Positions 44,791 through 57,300 of a stretch of DNA of 64,000 nucleotides are shown here, in pieces. A program made the position numbers and the translations under genes. Within the stretch, counting starts at the first letter, position 1. The number at the start of each line of letters is the position of its first letter. Below the pieces are notes generated by a model. It saw only the letters and a program-made list of their open reading frames with translations, was not told the DNA's origin and did not search any database. The DNA is from the human T2T-CHM13v2.0 reference genome, Homo sapiens: the NCBI RefSeq assembly GCF_009914755.1, contig NC_060941.1. One strand, given 5' to 3'.

Positions 44791-45099
44791 TGATTAATTA
44801 CCTGCAGGGCAGGCTGCCTACTCCAAGGTTGCTAGCCTGGAGTGGAGAGTAAGGGCTGAGGGGTGGATGGCTGCCCTACTCCCTCCTCTTTCTTCTTCTA
44901 CCATGTGAGCCTTGAGGCCTCTTCTGGGTCCAGTGTAGAAGGTGAATATCCAGCTAAGTTTGACATTTAGTTTGACTGTGTCAGCAGTGGGGGGCAGAGA
45001 GGGGAGCTGTACTAGAAGGGTTGGGATCAGATGCTAGAAAAGTCTCTGGAAGTGAGAGATGAGTGAGAAAGCCCATGCTGTAAATGACGAAGAAAGGAA

Positions 45100-46410
45100 A
45101 CTTATAGGCAGATGGATGAGCAGACAGATGGATGAGTGGAGAGGTACATGAGTAGATAGATGAATAAAGAGATGGATGGATGGATGAGTGGATAAATGGA
45201 TAAGTGGGTGATGGAGAAATGGGTGGATGGATCAATAGGTGGATGAATGGATGAATGGATGGATGGATGATGGATGAATGAATAAATGAGTGGATGGATG
45301 AATGGGTGAATAGATGAATGAGTGGATGGATAGATTAGTGGACAGATAAAGGAGAAGATGGATGGATGAGTGGACAAATGCATGAAAAGATGCATGGATG
45401 GATGGATGATGGATGGATAAATGGATGGATGGATGGATGGATGAATGGATGTATGTATGAGTGAATGGATGGATGAAAGGTGAGAGGACAGATGAATCAG
45501 TGGATGGATGAATGGATGGATAGATGGATGAGTGAACAGATGGTGAGATGAATGGATGAATAGATAGATGGGTAGATGGATGAGTAGATGGATGAGTGGA
45601 CTGATGGATGATGAATGGATAGATGGGTGGATGGATGAATAGATGAACAGATAGATGGAAGAATTGTTAGATGGCTGGATGAATGAATGAATGAGTGGAT
45701 GGATGGATGTGCAGATGGATGGAGGAGTGGATGAACAGAGGATGAATGGATGGATGGGTGGATGGATGGATGAGTGGATGAATGGATAGATGGGTGGATG
45801 GAGGAATAGATCAGTGGGTGGATGGATGAGTGAATGAATGGTTAGTTAGAGGGATGGATGGGTGATAGATGAATGGCTAAAAAAGTAGGTGGATTAATGG
45901 GTGAACAGATGAATGAGTGGATGGATAGATAGATAGATAAATGGATGGGTGGGTGGATGGATGAGTGAATGAATGCATGAGTGGACAGGTGGATGTATAA
46001 ATGAATGAATGGATAAAAGTGGATGGATGAATGGACGAGTGGATGGATGGATGAGTGGACAGATGGACGGATGAGTGAATGGGTTGATAGATGAGTGAAC
46101 AGATGGAGGAGTGGTTCAATGGATGGATAGATGAAAGGATGAGTGGACAGATGAATGAGTGGATGGATAGATGGATGGGTGGACAGATGGTTGGATGAAT
46201 GGATGAATAAATAGATGGGTGGATGGATGGATGATTGGATGAATGAATGGATAAGTAGATAGATGGATGTGCAGATGGATGAATGAGTGAATGAATGATT
46301 GGATGAGCGGATGGATGGACAAATGTGTTGCTAGATGAGTGGATGTGTGTATGGGTGAAAGAATGGATGGAAGGATCAATCAATGATTGGATGGGTGTAC
46401 AGATGGTTAG
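45100..46410. repeat. Degenerate (GGAT)n simple repeat
   Basis: About 1.3 kb of ggatggatg/gaatggatg variants. Confidence 0.97.
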
Positions 46411-46419
46411 GATTATTAT

Positions 46420-46640
46420 GATAATAATACTAATAAATCATTTATTGAGTACTTTCTGTGGTCCTTGTCTGTGCTTTATGTAATCAATCTCATTTAAAAT
46501 TCTCATTACAACATTTTGAGGGAGATATTTCTTTTCTCATTTTACAGATGGAAAAACTGAGTCTTAATGTGATGGAATGGCTTAACAAGGTTTCATAGCT
46601 TATGAGAGGTTGAGGCTAGATTTGTACTCAGGTGAGCTTA
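46420..46640 (-). mobile_element. MIR (representative; other MIR relics near 3700, 21100, 24780, 25600, 26620, 27830, 30350, 38380, 57830, 58050)
   Basis: cattttacagatggaaaaactgag core; catttattgagtactt 3' region. Confidence 0.75.
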
Positions 46641-47477
46641 GCCCTTAGCTGTCTTGCTGTTCAGTATGGGGTCTCCCCCACATAGATAGGCATATCCTGA
46701 GGACAGGCACCCTGTGTGGGCATCTGTGAAGCACCCACTGGCTTGCCTTTTGGGGAGGAGGCCTCTGGGAAGATCTCTGGGCTTCAATATAATGTTTACA
46801 GCTACATTTGGCCCCAGAGGAATGAGATGGGGGAGCCACGCGCCCACAGTCCTTCATACTACACTGGCAGCTGGTGGCACCATCCACAGGGAAGACAATG
46901 TGGGCAGGAGGGCAGCTGGCATGATTCACCAGAGACGAGGGGAGCCCTTTCCAGCTGGCCCCATGGTTCCCAGGGCCTGTGCTCCAGACAAGGGCAGTGG
47001 CGCAGAGGCCAGCCCTGCAGATGCAGGCCTTGCTGCCTCAGCCTGGGGCCTGCAGGTAAAACTGGTGACCTAATCTGAACTGGCTCACAGGAAGCTGGGG
47101 CCGCATGGTGAGATAGTGGATGGAAAGTGCTAGCCACAGGGTAGGTGCTGGGGAAGGGATGAGAGGGTGGGGAGGGCAAATTTTAAATAAGATTTCCAGA
47201 AAAGACATCTCCCTGAGAAGAGACATTTGAACAGAGACCTGAGGGTGGTGGAAGAGTGAGCCATGCAGAGATCTGGGGGCAGAGTATTTGGCAGAGGGAG
47301 CAGCAAGTGCAAAGGCGAGGGAGCAGCAAGTGCAAAGGCCCTGGGGTAGGCAGGACTTGATGTGTTCAGGAATAACAAGGAGGTATGAGAGGAAGACGGA
47401 CAGGAGATAAGATCTCAAGGTAATGGCAGCCTGGAGACTGCGGCTGAGCTGGGGTCATGGGAGGGTTAGCGCAGAGG

Positions 47478-47677
47478 GTTTTAACTGGCTCCCCAAGGGT
47501 GTCATGTGCAAGCAAGCAGCAGCCCCTCTCCTGGGTGCTTTGGGGACTCAGCCCTGCCTTCCCACTTCCATCCATCCCTGGTTTCCCCCTGTGGAGGCTT
47601 CAGGGAGCTGGTGGCTGCCTCAATCAGATCTAGACAAAGGCTGGCATTAGGTGCCCAGGAGCACATACGGCCCAGGC
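47478..47677. repeat. ~200-bp direct repeat, copy 1
   Basis: Aligns by eye to 48404-48602. Confidence 0.92.
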
Positions 47678-48403
47678 AGACAAGATAGGGCCCGTTTGGG
47701 CCCTGAGCACCCAGACTTGAGCTTCAGGCTCCAAAATGCAAGGAGACTAGGATGGACACAGAGGCATGAGCCAGGAAGGGGCTGCACTCAGAGGCTCCGC
47801 CCAGCTTGTGCCACTGTCCAGGCTGCCTTTTGAAACTTGGTCTTTCCATTTGGAAACAGTTTGTTGATCCAAGTTTTTCTCTAGGCAGGAATCCCTAGGG
47901 TTTGCATGGCACAACCAGGTGGAAACTGAAATTGTTTCAAAAGCAAAACGATAGAAATCTTTTCTCAAGCTGCCAATGCCCTCCCCAGACAATGCTGGGG
48001 GTGGGGGCTATGACTGGGGAGGCTGCAAGGGCCCTGCCTAGGAATGGGGGCCTGGGGGAGGGGGAGCCTGCCTCTCCCAGTGGGAGCTATGTGCTGACAC
48101 AAAGCCCCAAATTCCCCATCTTGCTTCCCTCACTGCACCCATTTTCTGTCTAAGCCCTGGCTCGGCCGAAGGCCCAGGAGAGATCCCAGGACAATGGTGC
48201 CCAACTCTGGGACTGACCTCGTGGCCCCGCCTAGATGGGCCTGATCTCTGCTGTCCAACGCCCTACCCCAGCCCACACAGGACAAGCTGACCAGAGCACC
48301 CCACCCAGACACCCAAGGCTGCTGCTCAGGGACAGAGGGTCCTGGCTACTTGTACACCTCCTGTGATGGAGTGCTCACTACCTTCCTCGTTTTGTGGGAT
48401 CCA

Positions 48404-48602
48404 GTTTTAACTGGCTCCCCAAGGCTGCCATGTGCAAGGAAATAGCAGCCCCTCTCCTGGGTGCTTTGGGGACTCAGCCCTGCCTCCCCACTTCCATCCA
48501 CCCCTGGATTCCCCTGTGGAGGCTTCAGGGAGCTGATGGCTGCCTCCGCCAGATCTAGACAAGAGTTGGCATTAGAAGCCCAGGAGCACACGTGGGCCAG
48601 GC
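48404..48602. repeat. ~200-bp direct repeat, copy 2
   Basis: Aligns by eye to 47478-47677. Confidence 0.92.
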
Positions 48603-50239
48603 CTCTTCTGCAGTGTGTCTCACTCTGACCTGCTGGGATTGTAGGACGATTTTTCTTTCTTCTGCACCAGTGCTGAAAAGAGGCTGAGCTTTGGCCTCCA
48701 AGAGGCCTTGGTTCCACTGAGCACAGCTCCCTGGCTCCTGCCACTGTCTCTCTGTTCTTGCTGTTCTCTCCTCCCCAGGACTCTGTGCTCCCATTCTGGC
48801 TGTGCTGCTGGGCCTTTTAGACACGAGAGAGCCGGGGAACTTGGACCCTGCAGTGCTTTCCTCCAGCAGGGAATGCAGTGAGGCACTCTGGGCATCTTCT
48901 CTGTAGCTGGCCACTTCACAGTTATGTGACCTTGGACTTAATGGCTCCGTGCCTTGGTTTCCCTCATTTGTAAATTGACAAAAAGTGCTCTAATTGGGGG
49001 AATGGGGATCTGGGTGGAAAGGCTGCCTGGAGAATGGAGCATGCTGGTCCCAGGGATGAGCTGAAACACCTAAGATTTGGGGGCCTCCCTAAGAGGCAGG
49101 GGGTGTTGGAACCTGCATTCAGCTGAGCTGCCAAATTTGGGGATGGGAGGAGGAGTTGCTTTCTCCATGCCCCCCACCTCCGGCATTCGAGACCCCCTTG
49201 CTGTGGACAACCCCTACCCTCTTTACCCTCTTGCCTCCCTCTACTTAGGCCTGGGGAGCCTGGCTGGGAGGGGCTGGCCCCACCCCAGCTCTTGTTTTCA
49301 CTTCTTGCCTTCCTCAACTTCTGAACACCAGCTCCAGGGGGCTGGAGATGGTGGGCTTGGAGGAGATTTTGGGGTGGCCAAGGGCTTCCAAGACCCAGCC
49401 AGGAGGCTGGGCAGGGAGTGACCCCTGCAGCCGGGGGTGGGAGGGCTCTTAAGGTAGACTTGGAAATCGAGGTTCTGGTGGTGAAAGCATGAGGCCTCCC
49501 AAGGACATGAGGTGGACAGAGGTACCCCCAACCATGACTTGGCTCCCGGCTTAGGGCTCAGACATCCTCTTCTTGGTCTGACCTCCTAGAAGGGTGGTAG
49601 AGATGCTGGAGTTTGTGCAGAAGGATGTGCAAGGCTGTGAGAGAGGAAGCCCCACTGCCCATGGTGACAGGGTCAGGACTGGCTGGAGCGAGCAGAGGGT
49701 CAGTGGCCAGCGCCGCCTGCTGCCATCCTTCTGAGGGGTCTGGCCCTTTCCTGACCCCTCTGCAGAATCCGAGTCTTAATGCATCCAACAACACCCAAGA
49801 TTCCAAAGGAAGCCAGTTATTAGAATGGTTAAATAGCACGATTGCGATAGGGTGAACTGTGTGCTCCCTTCCCTTACGGATGCGCTGATGATAGGATTGC
49901 ATGGCAGGTTTAAGCCCACCTGTAACTTTGACCCAGAGACAAATGTGAAAGACCTCTGGAGGCGTCTGCCAGTCCAGAGTGGGATGCGGACATATCTGTG
50001 GCCTCTGCTGGTGACAGCCTCAGGTGTGCTGATGCTGCTGGGGTTTGCCATCTCAGTCCACAGTGGAAGAAAAGGCCACATTTCAGCTGGATGCTGACCC
50101 ACACTTCTTCCCCGTTCCCACGCACGGACCCCTGATTCCGTCCTGGTGTTCCCCAGCTCTAGAGCTTTCTGCCGGGAACAGTGGCAGCAGCAGCCTCAGC
50201 AGCGCCACACACAGTAAATGACAGCGATGAGCAACAGCC

Positions 50240-50430
50240 ACCGGACACTGGGCTGAGGGCATCCCTCATGCAACCTTCACCCAGCCCTGCAAGGCAGCCA
50301 CTGTTGTGGTCCTCATTTTGCAGAGGAAGAAGCTGAGGCACAGAGAGGCTAAGTGACTTGCCCAAAGTGACACAGCTCGTGAGCGATGGTGTCAGGGTTT
50401 GAACCCAAGCTGGTCTGACTCCAGAGGCTG
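50240..50430 (-). mobile_element. MIR
   Basis: ctcattttgcagaggaagaagctgaggcacagagaggctaagtgacttgcccaaagtgacacagct...tttgaaccca...ctgactccagag. Confidence 0.85.
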
Positions 50431-52232
50431 TGCTGTTCCCCTTAGAATGCCTGGCCCACAAGTGGGGTTTAATGGATGTTTGACCCATTTAAAGGGTCAT
50501 TGCTCAATTTCTGTGTTCACAGAGGGACATTCCCTGGGGCTGAGCTGGGCTCTGCAGATTTACAATGGGTTCTATATTTATCATCCCCATTTCTAGGTAG
50601 GTTAATGGATTTTAAATGGAGTAGATACTAATTGCCCCTGTACTGTGGATGGGCCAGCCTGGGAGAGGGCTTGCTCCAGCCCTGGGACTGAATTCCTTAG
50701 CACGGACCTGCACCAAACCCAGGGTGAGGATTTGAATGGGCCAAGACGGGAGTAGCATGGGCACTCGGGACCCAGGGGACAGCACGGGCAAGAGTGTGGA
50801 GGTGGGTCCTAGGGACCTGCTGAGGAGCCTTGCACGTGTCCCTCATACCAGCAGCAAGTCCTCCTGGTCTAGGGACACAGGGCTAGGCTGTCCCAGGAGA
50901 GGCACCCGGCTCCCTGGAGCTTCTGCAAGATTCAGGCCATCATGGCGTGTTTATTAATCACCACAGACAGGATGGGGTTGGGCCTGCTCAGCAGCTCCAA
51001 GGGGAGTTGGGAGTGGGAAGGAACCCTGCGAGAAAGGAGTTCAGGACAGGTGTGAAGGGTGGGATGTCCGGTCCAGCCTCCCACAGGAGGGGGAGCCTCC
51101 CTCTTCTCTCAGCTTTTTAATTAATTTGAGGGGACATGAAATCCTTGAAGATGGTCTAGAGATACAGTGGCCCTACAGAGAACAGCTTGGCCCCTCGTCC
51201 TCCCTCTAACCTCCCAGTTGCCCTCCTGGTGGCCAGTTTCTGGCATCTCTTTCCAGAATATTCTACCAACACACACGTGTGTGTGTGTGTGCGCGTGCGT
51301 GTGTGTATACATATGCCACCTTTTAAGCATTCAGTGAACTATACTCTCTCTTCTGTACTGCGCCTTTTACTTTGTCTTAGAGCACTTTTCCTATTAGAGT
51401 CACTCAACAAATATTTCTTGAGCACCTACCAAGGGCTGGGTGCTGCTTTCTCGAGGCCAGAGGCAGCTGCCCTGGCCCATGGAGCCTAGGCATGGCTCCT
51501 TCACAGCTGGGGGCTGCTCCCATGCACCCATGTGCCCTGTCATGGTTGCCTTCTTGGGGATGCTGGGCAGGTGGCTGCTGTTTCAAAGATGAGTCCCCAG
51601 GTGTCGTGGGATAAATTCCTAGATGTGGAACTCCTAGGATTAAAAAAAAGGCGATGACTCTTCTTAGCTTGACCAGCTGTTCCCAGATTGCGGTTGAAAC
51701 GTCAGGGTTTAGGTTGTGGGCAGGGAGGTTCCCCCAGGCTGGTACGGAGGCTGAAGATGGTGCTGGCATGGGTGGAAAAGAAGGTGCAGGGGCCAGAGGT
51801 GGCATGTGGCTGGGAAGAGCCTCCCTCTGCCCTTGAGGAGCCCCCATTGTGAGGAAGGAGCAGAAGCGGAGAGGAAGAGCGTCCCCAGGGAGCTGTGGTG
51901 GGGAAGCCCAGGAGGCTGTGGGTGCCCAGGGGAGGCGAGTGGCTGGCTTGGGAGGGTGGGGCATCCGGGGAGGCTGGGAGGAGGCCTCTCCACGGAGCAC
52001 CCAGTGTGCGCCAGCCCTGTGCTGGGTCGCCTCCCATGTGTCATTTCCTGGGAGGGTTGCATCACTGATTCACTCCTCCAGTGGATAATCTGAGTGCCTA
52101 CCTGGCGCTGGGCACTGTAAATAGCACTGGGTGTGAAGCAGGAACCTCTCAGCGGGACATCACGCCCATCCTACAGCTGAGGAGACTGAGGCTTTGAGGG
52201 AGAAGGCAAACGCTTGGGTCCTATGAATCATC

Positions 52233-52360
52233 TCCTTCCTTCCTGGTCCTTGTCCCTGAGAGCTGCTTAGACTGTGGGTTCTCCTATAAAGAGCAGTCCT
52301 TCCTTCCTGGTCCTTGTCCCTGAGAGCTGCTTAGACTGTGGGTTCTCCTATAAAGAGCAG
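52233..52360. repeat. Perfect 64-bp tandem duplication
   Basis: 52233-52296 is identical to 52297-52360. Confidence 0.95.
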
Positions 52361-53969
52361 TTCTGGCCCCAGCTGGTTCCTGAGAATGAACCCCAGGTGG
52401 CCAGGCCAAGCCAGCCCTCTAGCCCTGCCCCAGAGGGCCAGAGGCCAGCTGCCAGACACCCATGGAAGCTGCCCTGGCCTGACAAGCCTTTGAACCCTGC
52501 TCCTGTGACTCTGGCCTCCTAGGACCAAGGTGACCTGGGTGGTTGCTCCAGTTTGGCCCTGGCTCATCCCCAGCCCACACTGGGCCCCCGGCGCCACCCG
52601 CTTGGAAGACCAGACCCTGGCACACTGAGGTCCAGGGCACAGGACTGGCTTGAGCCCTCAGAAGTGCAAGCCTGTTTCACAGACAGAGGCCCCGAGAGGG
52701 TCACTCCCGGGGTCTGCTCAGTTCCAGGCACAGAACAGCAAACTTCTCGGGAAGCCTAGACCAGACACACCGGGGGTGCAGCTAGAAGGGGCTCAGGCTC
52801 TCTGAGTTCAGCCTGACCACAAGGGTAGGGGACAGTGGGGAAATGGAGGCCTCGAGAGACCCCAGAGCCAGGGGCTTTGCTGTGGGGCAGGTCCTCGAGG
52901 CTGGCTTCTAGCCTTCCCAGCTCTCGGAAGCCTTTCCCGGCCCCAATGCCCGGTCATCAGGCTTTATTCCATTTACAAATAACTTGACTTAAAAAAAAAT
53001 TGCTGAAACAATAAATGCTTGCTATACAAAATGCAAACAAACAGCCCTGAAAGCGTACAATGTGCCCACGTACCCAGAGTGCAAGCGACTCTCCTTCCTC
53101 AGGGCCCAGTGAGGCTGGGCTGAGTGCTTGCCCACGTCTCCCGCCTGCAATGGGTGGCCTGGGATCCCACCAGGTGGGTCCGAGCCCAGAGCCCTGGGGA
53201 AACAGGTTTAGACACTTTCCTCCGTGCCACAGTGAATGAGGAAAAGGTCCCAGGAGGACACAACCACCAACAATTTGCCTCCAAACTTCCAGATTTTTCT
53301 CTTTGCTAATGCAAATATATCTGTCGTTTTTCTTAACATAAACAGAGTCGTGCAACAGGCCCCACGCTGCCTTTTGATTCTTTTTTTCTCTGTGTGTGTT
53401 GGGGGGACAGTGTGTTTTGGACAGTTCACACTGCTGTCAGAACTGGCAGATCGACCTTTCTATTTCAGTCAGGCCCAACTCAGAGGGGCCCCGGGCCAAG
53501 GACTGGAGCCCTGCCCCCATGAGGAAGGAGGGTCATGGGGCTGGTGCTGGGGCAGAGGCCCTATCTGTGGAGTGATGGCCCCACGTGGGGACAGGGAGGA
53601 GGCAGGCAGTGCCCACCAGGGTAGAGAGGGGCTGATAATTGGCTGGATTATCCCGGCGGGGAGGCCTCCTTGGGGAAGCTATTTTTAACTCTGAGAGATG
53701 CTGCAGCCACTTCCCTCCCTCTCTTTATTGCCCTTTATTCCTGGGGCCTGCAGGCTTTGCCCGCCTTCCTGGAAGCTCTGTCCCTTTAGAGGCAGGGAGG
53801 GATGAAACGCTCCCCTCACATACCATAGAGTGTGGTCCCCACATGGTTCTGGCAGGGTTCTCATGCGCCCCTTTTTAGAGAAGGAGAGAGAGCTTCAGAA
53901 AGCTTGAGGGGCATTTTGGAGGACTTGCTGGTCTTTTTACGTCTATTGCCTTCCCGGCAGCCCCTTGAG

Positions 53970-54310
53970 GCTGTTAGAAATTTCCTAAATTAACAAAGGG
54001 GTGGTTTTGGCTTACAATAAAAAGCCCATGGGTGGATCTAAGGGGCTCAAAAGACCAGCCCAGAACCTTGTTTCTCTCAATATCTCAGCTTTGCTTTCTC
54101 TGGGTGGGTCTCATTTCATGCAGGCTCACCCTACCTGGGGGCAAAGGTGTCCCCGGGGCCCCTGGCCAGCCCCAAAGCCCTGGGAAATACAGCTCCTGCT
54201 TTCCTGCAGACCCAGCAAAAGTCCTAGGGCTGATTCTCATTGGCTGGCTTCAATCATGTGTCCATCTCTGTACCATTGCTGTGATGCTCACAGCCAGACC
54301 TGGGTCGCTC
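53970..54310. mobile_element. MLT1 (J/K-like) fragment
   Basis: gctgattctcattggctggcttcaatcatgtgtccatctctgtacca. Confidence 0.55.
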
Positions 54311-57300
54311 ACCCACCCCTGGGCCCTGGGGGTGCCCCAGGCCCACAGGAAACATATGGTGGAGGGTATGGTATAGGAGTAGGGAGACCCCAAGAACAAG
54401 GCTCTCAGAAGAGCAGCTTGGACATGGGAGGACTTGGACCAGTGTCCAGCATGCCTCTAAGTCTCTCAGCCAGACAGAAACCCTGACACCTAGGTCTGCC
54501 CAGGAGATGCCAGATGGAGCATGGCTAAACGTCCTGGCCTCAACCTTGGCCCTGGTGGCTGCCCTCCTGGCCACAGTTAGTGCATCCTCCTCCCAGCTGC
54601 TCCTCCCGCAGAGGGCGGGGCCACGGGAGTGCCGGAGCCTGCACACGGGAAATAAGTCAACCGGTCAGCTCCAGGCCCAGCTGATCAATGCCTGCCTCCT
54701 GATGGGGCAGGAGGGACTCAGTGTCCTGTTTCCAGGGCCGCCAACCGTTCCTGAAGTTCTGTGTGCCTCAGATCAATGCTGCAGGGTCAGCCAGGGGCCC
54801 AAGGGCACCTGGGCAGGGGGAGGGGCGTGTGTGCATGCACGTGCGCGTGTGGGTGTGACTGTGTCCTGGGTCTGGGCCATGTCCCCACAATGCTCCTGGG
54901 GGCAGCCACGTCCTCTTGGGCAAGTGCTTCTACCCACCTGGGCGTCATTTCTCCGTCCATCTGCCTGTGGCCTGTGGCGCAGGTTGGCATTTAGCCTGGA
55001 GCCTAATGCATGGCAAGTGCGTGGTGGGCATTGGCCCTTGTCACTTTTGCTGTTGTTAGTATCATCAAAGTGTCTAGTGACAAAAGGTGTTTAGGGAAGA
55101 GACTGGGCTGAGGGCAGGGCTGCTAGAACTGGTCTCTGCTCTGTGGCTCACTGCCTGAGGGACAGAGCCTCTTTCCACCTTGTCCAGCCAGGGTGTGGAT
55201 CTGGCTCAGGTGGAAAGCAACCCCACCAGAAGAGCATATCCTGGAACCGACCAGCACAGGTCCTCCTGCTGGCCTTATGGTGGGTGGGGGTGGGAGGCCA
55301 GGTGAGACCCAGACCCTGGCCGCCTGCCTGGAGGAGGGGGCAAGGCTTGTGCTGACAGACAGCCTGTGATTGCAGGGGCCAGCGCGGCTCGGTGATGGTG
55401 CAGGTGGAGTTGGGAGTGGCTGTGAGAGCCAAGCTGCGCAGAGCAGGGTGAGAGAATCCCTCATGGATGAGACGTTCCTGAGTCGGGTCTGTGAGCACTC
55501 GTTTTGCACTCACTGCATGCCCTCAGCATGTGAGGTCCTGGGCTGCAGACACGCCTGAAGGACATGCTTCTGCCCTCATGGAGGTGCCATGCTGGTGGGG
55601 GGACCACAGTGAGCCAGACACCTCAGAGAGTGGCCAGCTAGGGAAGAAAGCAAGCTGAGCACAGCAGGTGCGTCCTGGTGGTCGGCAGGCCCCTCACGGA
55701 TGTGCCGTCACAGCTACCCTTGCACGTGGGGCAGTTCAGAGAGACAGCGTTCCTGACTGAGGGGGAGGCAGGCCCCAAGGTCCAGTGACAGAATCAGGCT
55801 ACTGGTGCCCAAGGGCCTGAATGGCCAGTGTGTTCAGAAAAGAGTGGCTGAGAGGGGGAGGGTGTCTGGGGCCTCAGGGACTTTGGCTATCACTCCTAGA
55901 AAGGTTAAACTGGGCATGCTGAGAGCTCATTTTACATTTTGATGGTGGGAAGACGTGAGGGCCAAAGCCGGGCCAAGGTCTAGGGTGGGCAGGGGAAGTC
56001 TCAGTGGGCTCTTGGGAGGAGGCATCTTGGAGGGGAGGAGATGCTGGGACTCTGGGGAGCACTGGTTGCAGCTGCCTGCAGGGCGAGCAAAGCCGCTGGG
56101 GAAGGGCCGTCTGGTTTCACATCTCACTCGGTGATGGACTTATGCCTCCCACAAGCGCATCGGCATTGTGGCATCAAGATGTGATTACCACAAGAGCTGG
56201 CAGCTGCTGTCGAGAGGCTGCAGCTCTGGGGCTCCTACACACAGGGCAGCGAAACCAGCCTTCGGGACACCTGCCCTGGACAGCTCAGTGGTCATCGTAG
56301 CAACCTTCCCTCTCTGGGCCTTGCTTTCCTCAAAACAAAGCCATGATTCCAAATGAGCCGAGGAGCTCTTCTGTCTCCTGGGCCTGTGGCTCCAGGGACA
56401 CTCAGATATGCAAAGGCGTCTTGAACAGCCAACACGCCCACCCAAAGCTGGGAGAGACTGGGCTGCAAACAAGCCTCAGTCTCACCCCTGTCTTGGAGAA
56501 GCTCCCATCCTGGAGGGGAAGAAAGAATCTGGGATCAAGGGAAAGCCAGGTGCAGGGCACAAAATTCAGGGTGTTGGGAAGGTGTGTGCGTGGTGGGACA
56601 GCTGACTGCTGTTCATCTCCCTGGCTTCTCCCATGGCTGTGCCAGGAAAGTTACTACTCTCATGGCCTCGGCTGTCACGATCACCCCCATTTTACAGAGA
56701 GGGAAGTGGGGCCTTAGCAGGGGACGTGTCCCAGGTCTCCTGCTGGGCAGCGTTGGTACTGGGCTCAGTCCATTTGGCCTCACCCAGCCACTCTCGACAC
56801 TGCCCCCTCCACACTGTAGGGGCAGGATGTCCTCTGCTCAGGCTTCACGCAGCACCCCGGGAGGGCCGTGAGCCCCTCTGCCCACGTGGGGATCCCTGGG
56901 GCAGATGTGTGAGCTGCTTAGGGAGAGATCTGCCCACATCCCTGCCTCTTTGTGTCCCAGCCCCTCCTGGAGGGAGGCTGGTGCCCAGTGGCGTGGCAGA
57001 GGGGATTTGCTTTGAGGGGCCCTTAATGGCTGCTCATGGGTTGCAATTACAATTAAGAATTGAACTCTGACCCTGCACGTGGGTTGGGAGGGTGGGACGT
57101 GGAGCCCAAGGGAGTGGCCCAGGGAGTCAGGCTTGCGTCTCTGCTGGGTGACCTTGGGCAAGACGCTTGCCCTCTTTGTGAAATGGGTCTGATAATGGCT
57201 CTGGGAGTGGGGATAGGGAGGGGCGGAGACCTGGCCTGACTCACAGTAGTCATCTTGGGTGTCGAGCCCCTGGGCAGGGGCCCTGTGTGTGTGTGTGTGG

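Noticed and set aside
49760-50100. Possible acceptor (cccctctgcag|aat) exon, or a C/D snoRNA from tgatga...ctga
   Set aside because: No convincing donor or terminal stem; such short motifs are expected by chance.
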